From: Candidatus Micrarchaeia archaeon
GTDB taxonomy: Archaea; Micrarchaeota; Micrarchaeia; CAILAH01
Direction of reading: 5' to 3'
Length of the DNA: 35,008 nucleotides
Assembly (NCBI GenBank): GCA_038740245.1
Contig: JAVYLZ010000005.1
Location: 1 to 35,008 of the forward strand
This document shows, one piece after another, positions 8,982 through 16,835 of the stretch. The translations under genes were made by a program, and so were the position numbers. Each line of letters opens with the position of its first letter. Position 1 is the first letter of the stretch. Below the pieces are notes generated by a model that had not been told where the DNA came from, did no database searches, and worked only from the letters and a program-made list of their open reading frames with translations.

Positions 8982-9854
8982 TTATTTTGGTGGGCGGCAG
9001 AACTTGTAGCTTAGCAGGGTGTACGCAAGCTTGGCTGCCAGGAAATCTGGCGCGCGGTTGTTCTTGTTGGGGGCAAGCTCAACGACGTCAAAGCCAACAA
9101 TCTCCCTTTGCATTGCCACTTCGCGCAGCAGCCCAACAACATCGTACCACCCAAGGCCGCCGGGTTCAGGTGTCCCTGTTGACGGCATAATGCCGCTGTC
9201 AAAAACATCCAGGTCAATCGTGACGTATACCTTATTTCCGAGCAAATCAACTGCACGCCTGATCCATTCATTTGAGCCGTGTATCTCATGCGCAAAAAAT
9301 ATGCGTTTCCTGTCAATCCGCCGGATTTCAGATGAATCCATGCTCCGTATCCCCACCGATATGATGTTTTTGCAGCATTCGCTTGCGCGCGCAATCACGC
9401 ACGCGTGGTTGTACCTGCTGCCTTCGTATTTATCGCGCCGGTCGCTGTGCGCGTCCAAATGCAATACGCTGATTTCACCGTAGTGCTTTGCGTGTGCCCT
9501 AATAGGCCCGATTGATACTGAATGCTCGCCACCTAGGCACACAACAAATTTGCCCTGTTTAAGCAGTGCACCAACTTCCCTCTCGCTTTTTGCAACCATC
9601 TCATTAACACTTCTGCACTTGAGCGGCCGCCCGGTTGCAATACCATTCGTAAAAACTTCGCTGTCAGTTTCTATATCATAGAGTTCCATATTGCGCGACG
9701 CTTCAATTATTGCGGCAGGCCCCTTATCCGCACCTTTGCCCCAGGTGCTTGTCCCATCAAAAGGCATCGGCAGGACCACTATTTTGGCGGTGCGCATATC
9801 CGAATACTCTTTTGGCAGCCCGCAAAAATTGAATGGGACTTTAGTCCTGCCCAT
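8982..9854 (-). CDS. speB: Agmatinase (ureohydrolase family)
   Basis: [25 protein letters not shown] and DVVELAP motifs. Alternative start at 9863. Confidence 0.95.
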   Translation of the reverse strand: MGRTKVPFNFCGLPKEYSDMRTAKIVVLPMPFDGTSTWGKGADKGPAAIIEASRNMELYDIETDSEVFTNGIATGRPLKCRSVNEMVAKSEREVGALLKQGKFVVCLGGEHSVSIGPIRAHAKHYGEISVLHLDAHSDRRDKYEGSRYNHACVIARASECCKNIISVGIRSMDSSEIRRIDRKRIFFAHEIHGSNEWIRRAVDLLGNKVYVTIDLDVFDSGIMPSTGTPEPGGLGWYDVVGLLREVAMQREIVGFDVVELAPNKNNRAPDFLAAKLAYTLLSYKFCRPPK

Positions 9855-10410
9855 TGTTTTCATCCATTATGAAAACGGCGGCAGCAATCGCAGTTGTCCA
9901 CTTGCCGTCCTTATCCCCTTCCGCGGACTGGCATATGTGAGTTGTCTTGAAGATGTGCCCGCTCGCCTTGTACATCTGCTTTCTCTCATCCCATGCCTGG
10001 CTCGGGTCAAACGGTATGCCGAGCGTTGTGGCCAGCATTGTTGCGGCCAAATCCTCGGCATATTCACCGGCAATACTCCCCTTTTGCCCGTAGGCGTGAT
10101 GCTCTGAGAGATAACCGTATGCCTCCTTGTTGCAAGGGATTGCAAGGCCGATTGCCGCAGAAATCAGGCGGTTCGGCTCATTTGTCTCTGCCCGAGCCAT
10201 AACGCAGTAGGTTATCTGCCCGGCCTTGAGCTGCTTTAGGCCCTCGGCAGCAGGGATTATCTTCGCACCCGGCGGGAAAATGCTTGAAACATAGACCAGG
10301 TTGCATTTTTGTATCCCAGCATCACGAAGGGCAAGCTCAAACGATGCGAGCCTGTCCTTGTGCACCCCGTTCCCCTTCACGAAGAAGACTTTCTTTGGCA
10401 CAAAATCCAT
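9841..10410 (-). CDS. pdaD: Pyruvoyl-dependent arginine decarboxylase
   Basis: [22 protein letters not shown] with the Ser-Ser autocleavage site; [17 protein letters not shown]. Confidence 0.95.
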   Translation of the reverse strand: MDFVPKKVFFVKGNGVHKDRLASFELALRDAGIQKCNLVYVSSIFPPGAKIIPAAEGLKQLKAGQITYCVMARAETNEPNRLISAAIGLAIPCNKEAYGYLSEHHAYGQKGSIAGEYAEDLAATMLATTLGIPFDPSQAWDERKQMYKASGHIFKTTHICQSAEGDKDGKWTTAIAAAVFIMDENNGQD

Positions 10411-10420
10411 TTACACCATC

Positions 10421-11452
10421 TCAGTACGGATCGTTGTCCAGCATTTTGTTGAAGTTCTTTGGCTTGCGCTTTTTCCAGTTGCCCTGGTGGTATGCATAGC
10501 TTGCTATGAGCGGCACTGCAAGCGTGGCCTCGGCATAAACCATCTGCTCAAAGTCCTGGTCCACCTTGCCCCAAGAGTGCGCCTCCTTAAGCGTGCTGCC
10601 CGACAGCCCGCCATCACGCTCATCAGCCACTGTTATCTGAACGGCATATTTGTGCATCTTAACATTCTTGCCTAACACATCGGCGGCAACCACCACATCC
10701 TGCGCAAAGTTCTTTGGCACACCACCGGAAATCATAAACAGACCTGTTTCGCCGGCAGCAATTTTAACCTTGGTAAGCTCAAGGAAATCCTTGGCCGAAT
10801 CTATTGAGACCTTTGGCTTGCCTTTCCTGTTCCACTGGTGGTACACGAGGCCGAAGCCGGCACTGCAATCGGAGAATGCAGGCACAAATATAGGCACACC
10901 TTTTTCGTACGCTTTGCGCACCACACTGTCCTTGCCTTTATTGCTCTTAACGAGATACTCACCCATCTTGGCGATGAACTCGCGTGATGAATACGGCCTC
11001 GGCTCCAGCGAGTCCGCGATTTTTGCGACGGTAAGGTCGCATTCGCGCAAATCATCCTCATCTATAAACGTGTCATATATCCTGTCAATGTGTTTCTTGT
11101 AAAGGTCATCATCGTCAACTTTCCATGTGCCCTTGTAGTGCTTGAACCCCAGCCCCTCAAAAAAGTCCTGGTCAACGATTATGGCGCCTGTTGACACGAT
11201 TGCATCAACCATATTGTTGTCCACCATATCGTAGACCGCTTTCTTGAGCCCGGCACTGAATATTGAGCCTGCAAGGCAGAGGATTACCGAGCACTTCTCA
11301 TCTGCGAGCATCCTGTCGTAAATCTCCGAGGCCCGCGCGAGTGTCCTCGCTTGGAACGCCATATCCTTATACTGCCTTATAATCGGCGTGGAATCAAACG
11401 ACTTGATGTCCACGTGCTTTATTTCATCCCGTAGGTAGTCAGATTTTTTCAT
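10421..11452 (-). CDS. dys: Deoxyhypusine synthase / DHS-like (homospermidine synthase-like) protein
   Basis: IVSTGA, IDRIYD, GGVPKNF and DGGLSGSTLKEAHSWGK (catalytic Lys) motifs. ATG at 11452 with TTAAATA box upstream. Confidence 0.92.
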   Translation of the reverse strand: MKKSDYLRDEIKHVDIKSFDSTPIIRQYKDMAFQARTLARASEIYDRMLADEKCSVILCLAGSIFSAGLKKAVYDMVDNNMVDAIVSTGAIIVDQDFFEGLGFKHYKGTWKVDDDDLYKKHIDRIYDTFIDEDDLRECDLTVAKIADSLEPRPYSSREFIAKMGEYLVKSNKGKDSVVRKAYEKGVPIFVPAFSDCSAGFGLVYHQWNRKGKPKVSIDSAKDFLELTKVKIAAGETGLFMISGGVPKNFAQDVVVAADVLGKNVKMHKYAVQITVADERDGGLSGSTLKEAHSWGKVDQDFEQMVYAEATLAVPLIASYAYHQGNWKKRKPKNFNKMLDNDPY

Positions 11453-11514
11453 ATGTGAAAGTAATATCAGTGTAATATATTTAAGCATATCACCAGTTCC
11501 CGAAGGGAAAACGC

Positions 11515-11520
11515 AAAAAA
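11515..11520 (-). terminator. Oligo-T terminator of tRNA-Gly
   Basis: T6 run 5 nt after the tRNA discriminator base on the minus strand. Confidence 0.5.
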
Positions 11521-11525
11521 TTAGA

Positions 11526-11891
11526 TGCGGCAGCCGGGATTTTCACATGGCAGCCCAAGGGGGCTCCGCCCCCTTAGTCCGCCACTGCCCAAACCCCCAC
11601 GTGTGTGAGGTATTTTCTTTTGGCAGCCCAAGGGGGCTCCGCCCCCACTTGCGTGGTTGCAAGGGGTGCGGGGCCGTGCAAACAGAATGTTTGCAGGCCA
11701 CATGCGCAAAGCGCATTCTGGCCCGCTGGGGCCCTGCTTTGAACCCGGATCCTAGGCTTTCTCCAGAAGGACTCCGTCCTCCTAGGAGGTTTACCCCCTT
11801 CCCAAACACCTTTCTTTGGTGTCGCTTTCTTTTCCGCAGAAAAGAAAGAGACTGGGAAGCCCATGTCCTGACCAGGTTAGACTACAGCCGC
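11526..11891 (-). tRNA. tRNA-Gly(CCC) with a 94-nt intron at 37/38 (11759-11852) and a 198-nt intron at 59/60 (11540-11737)
   Basis: Exons 11891-11853, 11758-11738 and 11539-11526 join to a 74-nt cloverleaf: GCGGCTG/CTGCCGC-A (one U-U), D-stem GTCT/GGAC, anticodon stem TGGGC/GCCTA with loop TT-CCC-AA, 4-nt variable loop, CCGGG-TTCAAAT-CCCGG. Splice motifs TTCC-CA|G...GGAG-AA|A and TTCA-AA|G-CA...TG-TGAA-AA|T. Confidence 0.92.
11548..11646. repeat. 26-bp exact direct repeat (11548-11573 and 11621-11646) containing a GGGGGC-GGA-GCCCCC hairpin, inside the tRNA-Gly T-loop intron
   Basis: tggcagcccaagggggctccgccccc occurs twice. Confidence 0.92.
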
Positions 11892-11958
11892 ATAAGGGCG
11901 CATCCGCCCCTAAGGGGTGTGTTATTAAAAGGAGGGAATAAATATAAAACTGAAAAAA

Positions 11959-12264
11959 TCAGACGAGGTTAATTTCTATGTGCACGGTATCCGGCACGCG
12001 CACACGCATAATCTGCTTGAGGACCCGCTCATCGCCTTCAACGTAAATCATCCTCTTGTATATCCTCATCTCCCACTTCTCGTAGGTATCCGAACCGTCA
12101 CCGCATGGCGTCCTCCTTGTTGGCAGAACCAGCCTCTTGCGCGGCAGCGGTATCGGGCCCCGTACGGGGATGCCGCCCATCTTCGCGATTTCGGTTATCT
12201 GCCTTGCGACACCGTCAACTTCCTCGTATGACTTCCCTACAAGCTTTATGCGTGCCGATACCAT
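11959..12264 (-). CDS. rps10: 30S ribosomal protein uS10
   Basis: ARIKL..GPIPLP..RRTPCGDGS..WEMRIYKR; directly downstream of tuf. Confidence 0.97.
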   Translation of the reverse strand: MVSARIKLVGKSYEEVDGVARQITEIAKMGGIPVRGPIPLPRKRLVLPTRRTPCGDGSDTYEKWEMRIYKRMIYVEGDERVLKQIMRVRVPDTVHIEINLV

Positions 12265-12272
12265 GCAATCAC

Positions 12273-13547
12273 TTACTTCTTGGGCTGCGCTTCCTTGACG
12301 TCAAGCACAACGCCTGCTGCCACTGTTGAGCCCATGTCGCGTATTGCGAACCTGCCAAGTGCCGGGTAGTCGGAGTATTTCTCAATAACCACCGGCTTGA
12401 GCGGCTTTATCTTGACCACTGCAACATCACCGGTCTTGATGAAGTCCGGCTTGCCTGCGGACTGGCCGCTCTTGGGATCCTTTTTCTCAACGAGCTCAAC
12501 AAACTGGCCTGCAAACTGTGCTGTGTGTATGTGACACACCGGCGTGTATCCAACGGAGATTGCAGTGGGGTGCTGCAGCACTACTATTTGCGCAGTGAAC
12601 TCTTCTGCAACCTTTGGCGGGTTGTTCGGGTCACCGATAACGTCACCCCTCTTCATGTCCTTCTTGTCAACACCCTTTAGGTTGAAGCCGATGTTGTCAC
12701 CGGGCACCGCCTGAGGTATCTCCTGGTGGTGCATCTCAATCCTCTTTACTTCGCCGCGCGCACCGGAAGGCATCACCACAACCACCTGGCCGGGCTTAAG
12801 CGTGCCTGCCTCAACACGGCCGACCGGCACTGTGCCGTGACCTGTAATTGTGAATACGTCCTGCACAGGCAGCCTGAGCGGCTTGTCAATCGGCTTGGGT
12901 GGCACCACGAATTCGTCGAGCACCTGCACGATGGTCGGGCCGGTGTACCACTCCATCTTTGAGGACTTCTTTGCAATGTTGTCCCCGTTGTATGCCGATA
13001 CCGGGATGACCTTTATTGATTCGGTCTTATACCCGATGCTCTTGAGCAGCGTAAGTATCTGCGTCTTAACATCTTCGTACTTGACGCGGTCATAGTTGAC
13101 GGCGTCCATCTTGTTCATTGCGACGACGAGCTGGTTGATGCCGAGCACCTTCGCAAGGAACGCGTGCTCCTTGGTCTGCGGCTGCACACCGTCTTTTACA
13201 GATACGACCAGCACCGCGGCATCCGCCTGTGATGCACCCGTAATCATGTTCTTGACAAAGTCCCTGTGGCCAGGCGCATCAATAATCGTGTAGAAGTACT
13301 TCTGCGTCTTGAACTCCTTGTGGGAGATGTCAATCGTAACGCCACGCTCACGCTCCTCCTTCTGCGTGTCCATCACGAACGCAAACTCAAAGGTCGGCTT
13401 GCCGATCCTCTCGGCCTCCTCCTTGAGCTTCCTCATCTCCTGCTCCGGTATTGCACCGGTGTCAAAGAGAAGCCTACCGACTGTGGTAGATTTGCCTGCA
13501 TCCACATGTCCTATAAAGACAATGTTCATGTGCTGAAGTTCTGCCAT
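12273..13547 (-). CDS. tuf: Translation elongation factor aEF-1 alpha
   Basis: [37 protein letters not shown] and GRFAIRDMG motifs; GAGGTGA RBS. Confidence 0.99.
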   Translation of the reverse strand: MAELQHMNIVFIGHVDAGKSTTVGRLLFDTGAIPEQEMRKLKEEAERIGKPTFEFAFVMDTQKEERERGVTIDISHKEFKTQKYFYTIIDAPGHRDFVKNMITGASQADAAVLVVSVKDGVQPQTKEHAFLAKVLGINQLVVAMNKMDAVNYDRVKYEDVKTQILTLLKSIGYKTESIKVIPVSAYNGDNIAKKSSKMEWYTGPTIVQVLDEFVVPPKPIDKPLRLPVQDVFTITGHGTVPVGRVEAGTLKPGQVVVVMPSGARGEVKRIEMHHQEIPQAVPGDNIGFNLKGVDKKDMKRGDVIGDPNNPPKVAEEFTAQIVVLQHPTAISVGYTPVCHIHTAQFAGQFVELVEKKDPKSGQSAGKPDFIKTGDVAVVKIKPLKPVVIEKYSDYPALGRFAIRDMGSTVAAGVVLDVKEAQPKK

Positions 13548-13603
13548 TCATATTCACCTCTAGGGTTTCGCCTATATTAACTGGGTTAACTTTAAAACAC
13601 TTA

Positions 13604-14158
13604 TTATAATTTGGGTGTGGGGCCGCTGTCTGCCTGTGCTATGTCAATCCACGGTGCCCTGAACAGCAGGCCGTCCTTGTCCTCAAGTATTTTCCCGATG
13701 TCAGCAAGCACATTCTCAGGCGGCTGTGATGCGAGCACCTCGTGCACGAGCGTCTGTGTGCCCTTATACCTGCGCAGTGAACGCTCGGTGCAGTAGTCAA
13801 GCATCTCCGAATATAAGTTGGCGCGCACCTTTTCATCCGAGTAGCCGCGCCTGCTGAGCCGCTCCTCAAGCACCCTGAGCGGCGCCCTAAGCACTATTAT
13901 CCTCTCAAGCGGTATCCTTATTTCGCATAAAAGGTGGCCTTCAACCACACAGTTTTCCGGCAAAGTTTGCAGGACGCGCGCCAATGCAATTAAGTTCGCG
14001 ATTTTTGCATTATCAACAGGGTCAATTACAGTCCAGAGCTTCTTTTCTTGCACTATTTTGTTTAAATCAACGAGCTCCAGCCCGTACTTTTCAGACACAA
14101 GCCTTGCAATCGTCGTCTTGCCGGTGCCGGGGACACCTGTTATCCCAATCCTCATCAT
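13604..14158 (-). CDS. Atypical adenylate kinase, AK6/Fap7 family
   Basis: ITGVPGTGKTT P-loop, VVEGHL (hhhxGH) and RLSRRGYSDEKVRANL. Confidence 0.9.
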   Translation of the reverse strand: MMRIGITGVPGTGKTTIARLVSEKYGLELVDLNKIVQEKKLWTVIDPVDNAKIANLIALARVLQTLPENCVVEGHLLCEIRIPLERIIVLRAPLRVLEERLSRRGYSDEKVRANLYSEMLDYCTERSLRRYKGTQTLVHEVLASQPPENVLADIGKILEDKDGLLFRAPWIDIAQADSGPTPKL

Positions 14159-14266
14159 GGTGTTTTGGCAAGCAGCAGATTATAAATGTTGCCACATCTG
14201 TGCGGCATTTTAATGCCAATATGGCAGCATCGCAATGTATTTAAGCAAAATCTTTCCAACCACATC

Positions 14267-14947
14267 ATGGCGTATACACTCATACTTCGGCATGCGGACA
14301 GGGTGCCTATCAGGGAAGACCTTAGCACCGCATTTACTGCCGAGCTCACACTCCGCGGTATCTTGCGTTGCGATGAAATGAGCAAGCTTATCCGCAGCCA
14401 GTTTGACAAGATGCACTGCATTTACACAAGTATAGCGCCGAGATGCTATTCAACAGGCGTGTTGCTCGGTTGCTTTAACTCGGCCGGCATAACGCCGCCC
14501 ATAGTGGGTGAACGCTCAAAATACGGTGATTTTAGCGGCGGCTACTTAAAGGAGGGCATGATGGATTCCTGGCTTCGGGTTGTTGCGGATGATTTGCAGA
14601 CACGCCAGCCGTATAGCCATCTTATGCGCAAATGGGTTGAGAGCGGGCTTGCCCATCTAAGCCGTGACGAGTATGCAGAGCATATCCTTTCACGTTACCT
14701 TCAGATTATTAACGTAATCGCAGTTACGCACGATACCAATCTTGCGCCCATTGCAGAATACCTCTCAGAAAAGTACGGGTTTGCGTTTACGGAGGAGATG
14801 TATTTCCCGCAATTTTTGTCCGGGCTGTGCTTGCTTCACGAGAATGGGGAGCCCAGCGCAATAAAATGGATACGGCAGCCCCCCTTGGTGCCTGAAACGC
14901 AGGCGCTACCGCTAATTGAGACCCTCTGGGAGAAAAAGTCCGGCTAG
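14267..14947 (+). CDS. Histidine phosphatase superfamily protein
   Basis: LILRHADR, LTLRG, TSIAPRC..T and VTHD motifs; TATTTAAG box about 25 nt before ATG 14267. Confidence 0.8.
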   Translation: MAYTLILRHADRVPIREDLSTAFTAELTLRGILRCDEMSKLIRSQFDKMHCIYTSIAPRCYSTGVLLGCFNSAGITPPIVGERSKYGDFSGGYLKEGMMDSWLRVVADDLQTRQPYSHLMRKWVESGLAHLSRDEYAEHILSRYLQIINVIAVTHDTNLAPIAEYLSEKYGFAFTEEMYFPQFLSGLCLLHENGEPSAIKWIRQPPLVPETQALPLIETLWEKKSG

Positions 14948-14951
14948 GATT

Positions 14952-15458
14952 TTATGCACTGCTTTTCCGTGAGCGCTGTCCTGCCGCCTTGTATGAAATA
15001 TCGTATATTATAATGTAAACTGCGTATGCAAGCGAAACAGGCGCAAGCAGCAGGCATAGCAGCGGCAGAGCGAGCCGTGATTCAATGATTCTTGCAAGAA
15101 TCCCTCCATATCCACCGCTTTTGCCGTGGAGCCACTCATCGGCAAATGCAGCGCATGCAAACGCAACCGCGAGCGGGAGCGCATCCCATACCCACTGCGA
15201 TGCACAGGCCATCAGGATGATTACAGAAGCAATCACATGCTCCTTGCGGTCAATTTTCCCTGCAGCGATGTTGCCAACTGTTGCCCCCGCAAGAAGAGGC
15301 AGGAGTGCGGGCTCAATCATAACCGCGGCCGCAATCGCGGCACCGTATGCAATGCCCGCCAAGAATGAGATATGGATTGCCCGTACTTTCTGCTCGGAGT
15401 AATCATCCGCTATTTTTGTAAGTGCCCCGCCAATTGCTGCTGCCAATGAATAAAGCAT
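14952..15458 (-). CDS. Multi-pass membrane protein
   Basis: Hydrophobic ORF with GxLTKIADD, GKIDRKEH and AFADE motifs between TM segments. Confidence 0.75.
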   Translation of the reverse strand: MLYSLAAAIGGALTKIADDYSEQKVRAIHISFLAGIAYGAAIAAAVMIEPALLPLLAGATVGNIAAGKIDRKEHVIASVIILMACASQWVWDALPLAVAFACAAFADEWLHGKSGGYGGILARIIESRLALPLLCLLLAPVSLAYAVYIIIYDISYKAAGQRSRKSSA

Positions 15459-15462
15459 AGAA

Positions 15463-16092
15463 TCACTTTACAGCGCCCAGATTTGCACGCTGCTTTTGGT
15501 GCACGTACAGGGTTAGAGCCCCCATAAGCAGCACAATGCCAACCGTGCATAGCTCGCGTTCTGTTTGTTTGTCAGCAGTATCCTCAGCAGGTTTTCTGTC
15601 GTTTGCAGGTGCAGCGGTTTGATTTTTTTGTGTGGTGTTGGCGGCGGGCATTGCTGCCGCTTTGTTTGAGTATACGAGCACATTAACTGAGACGTTGCCG
15701 ACATTATCACGCCGCTGTGTAGTATCGTACATGTGAAGCATAAGCATTCCATCGCCGGCGCACGTGCCTTCATAATACGAGCCGACTGCAAATTCAGCGC
15801 CATCCCCTATTTTGGCGCTCAGCCTGCCCTGCTGCAGGCCAGGCCCCTCGGCAGGCCCGTCCGGTCCCTTGACAAACTGCGGCCGCGGGTCATATCCCCA
15901 CCTGCCCCACGCAGAAATTATTATGTAATCGCCTGCACTCAGATTTAAACCGCTGCCAACCCACTCCACATCTGCGGGCACGACCAATGTCTTGTTATGT
16001 AAAAGTGAATGCCCTTCAGGTACGGAGGAATACGTAACCCCCGCAAGCACGCAAAGGGAAAGCAGTGCCAGGTAAACCCTATGTGCAAGCAT
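15463..16092 (-). CDS. Secreted LecA/PA-IL-like lectin-domain protein with C-terminal membrane anchor
   Basis: Signal peptide; VPAD.EW..SG..L.AGD.I.I.A.G.W...GPDG...G.L.AKIG...G.L.L..YD...DN.G.V.V pattern; low-complexity linker; C-TVGIVLLMGALTLYV-HQKQR tail. Confidence 0.7.
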   Translation of the reverse strand: MLAHRVYLALLSLCVLAGVTYSSVPEGHSLLHNKTLVVPADVEWVGSGLNLSAGDYIIISAWGRWGYDPRPQFVKGPDGPAEGPGLQQGRLSAKIGDGAEFAVGSYYEGTCAGDGMLMLHMYDTTQRRDNVGNVSVNVLVYSNKAAAMPAANTTQKNQTAAPANDRKPAEDTADKQTERELCTVGIVLLMGALTLYVHQKQRANLGAVK

Positions 16093-16112
16093 GCTACACT
16101 TTCATCATGCGA

Positions 16113-16826
16113 TTATTTAAGCGTGAAATAAAGCCGCTTGTTTGTGGCACCCTTGTTTTCAAGCTTGAGCACCTCAATAGTGCCGATTTCGCGCGTGTTG
16201 TGCACGTGCGTGCCACCGTCCGCCTGCACGTCTATCCCCCCTATATCAACTATTCTTAGCATGCTTATTGATGGAGGCAGTGCCCCGGCGAGCTTTACAA
16301 CCCCCTCAATTTTCATTGCCTCATCGCGCGGTAGCTCATATATGCGCACCTCAAGCCCACCGGCGATTAGTGCGTTGGCCTCGCGCACGCACTCTTCCAT
16401 AAGCGCGCGGTCAAACTGCTGTATGCTGAAGTCAAACCTGCTCTTGTCCGTGTCAAGCTGGTTGCCAGTGATTTGTGCACCTGCTTTTTTATAGAACACA
16501 CTTGCAAGGATGTGCGCCGCTGTATGCATCCTCATAAGCGTATACCTTTTTTCCCAGTCAAGCACGCACCTGACCTCATCACCTTGTGCCAACCCTTCCC
16601 TGTCCACTTCAATAACCACAATGCCGTTTTCCTTTTGCGCACGCACAACCTTAAACTCGGCAGAATCGCGCTTCCTTATGATTGTCCCCGTATCAGATGG
16701 CTGGCCGCCGCCTTGCGGGTAAAACAGCACATCACTCAGCACAATGCGCGTTGGTGCCGGCACAGCATCCACAGAAGTTTCGCATTCGCGCATGTATGCA
16801 TCCCTAAGGTAAATAAAAGACTGCAC
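16113..16826 (-). CDS. alaXM: Alanyl-tRNA editing protein AlaX-M
   Basis: FYPQGGGQPSDTG, MRMHTAAH and QADGGTHV motifs; GAGGTG RBS. Confidence 0.93.
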   Translation of the reverse strand: MQSFIYLRDAYMRECETSVDAVPAPTRIVLSDVLFYPQGGGQPSDTGTIIRKRDSAEFKVVRAQKENGIVVIEVDREGLAQGDEVRCVLDWEKRYTLMRMHTAAHILASVFYKKAGAQITGNQLDTDKSRFDFSIQQFDRALMEECVREANALIAGGLEVRIYELPRDEAMKIEGVVKLAGALPPSISMLRIVDIGGIDVQADGGTHVHNTREIGTIEVLKLENKGATNKRLYFTLK

Positions 16827-16835
16827 ACGCCCACC

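Noticed and set aside
11548..11646. 26-bp palindromic direct repeat with a 47-nt spacer read as a mini CRISPR array
   Set aside because: Only two copies, no leader or cas genes, and it lies inside a BHB-bounded tRNA intron.
11540..11852. Long introns as C/D-box guide RNAs, group I introns or homing-endonuclease carriers
   Set aside because: No RUGAUGA/CUGA boxes, no recognisable group I core and no credible ORF. The ends are BHB-type.
11521..11972. ORFs of 62-141 aa in the dys-rps10 gap
   Set aside because: They overlap the intron-containing tRNA-Gly, have no protein-like motifs, and arise from GC-rich hairpins.
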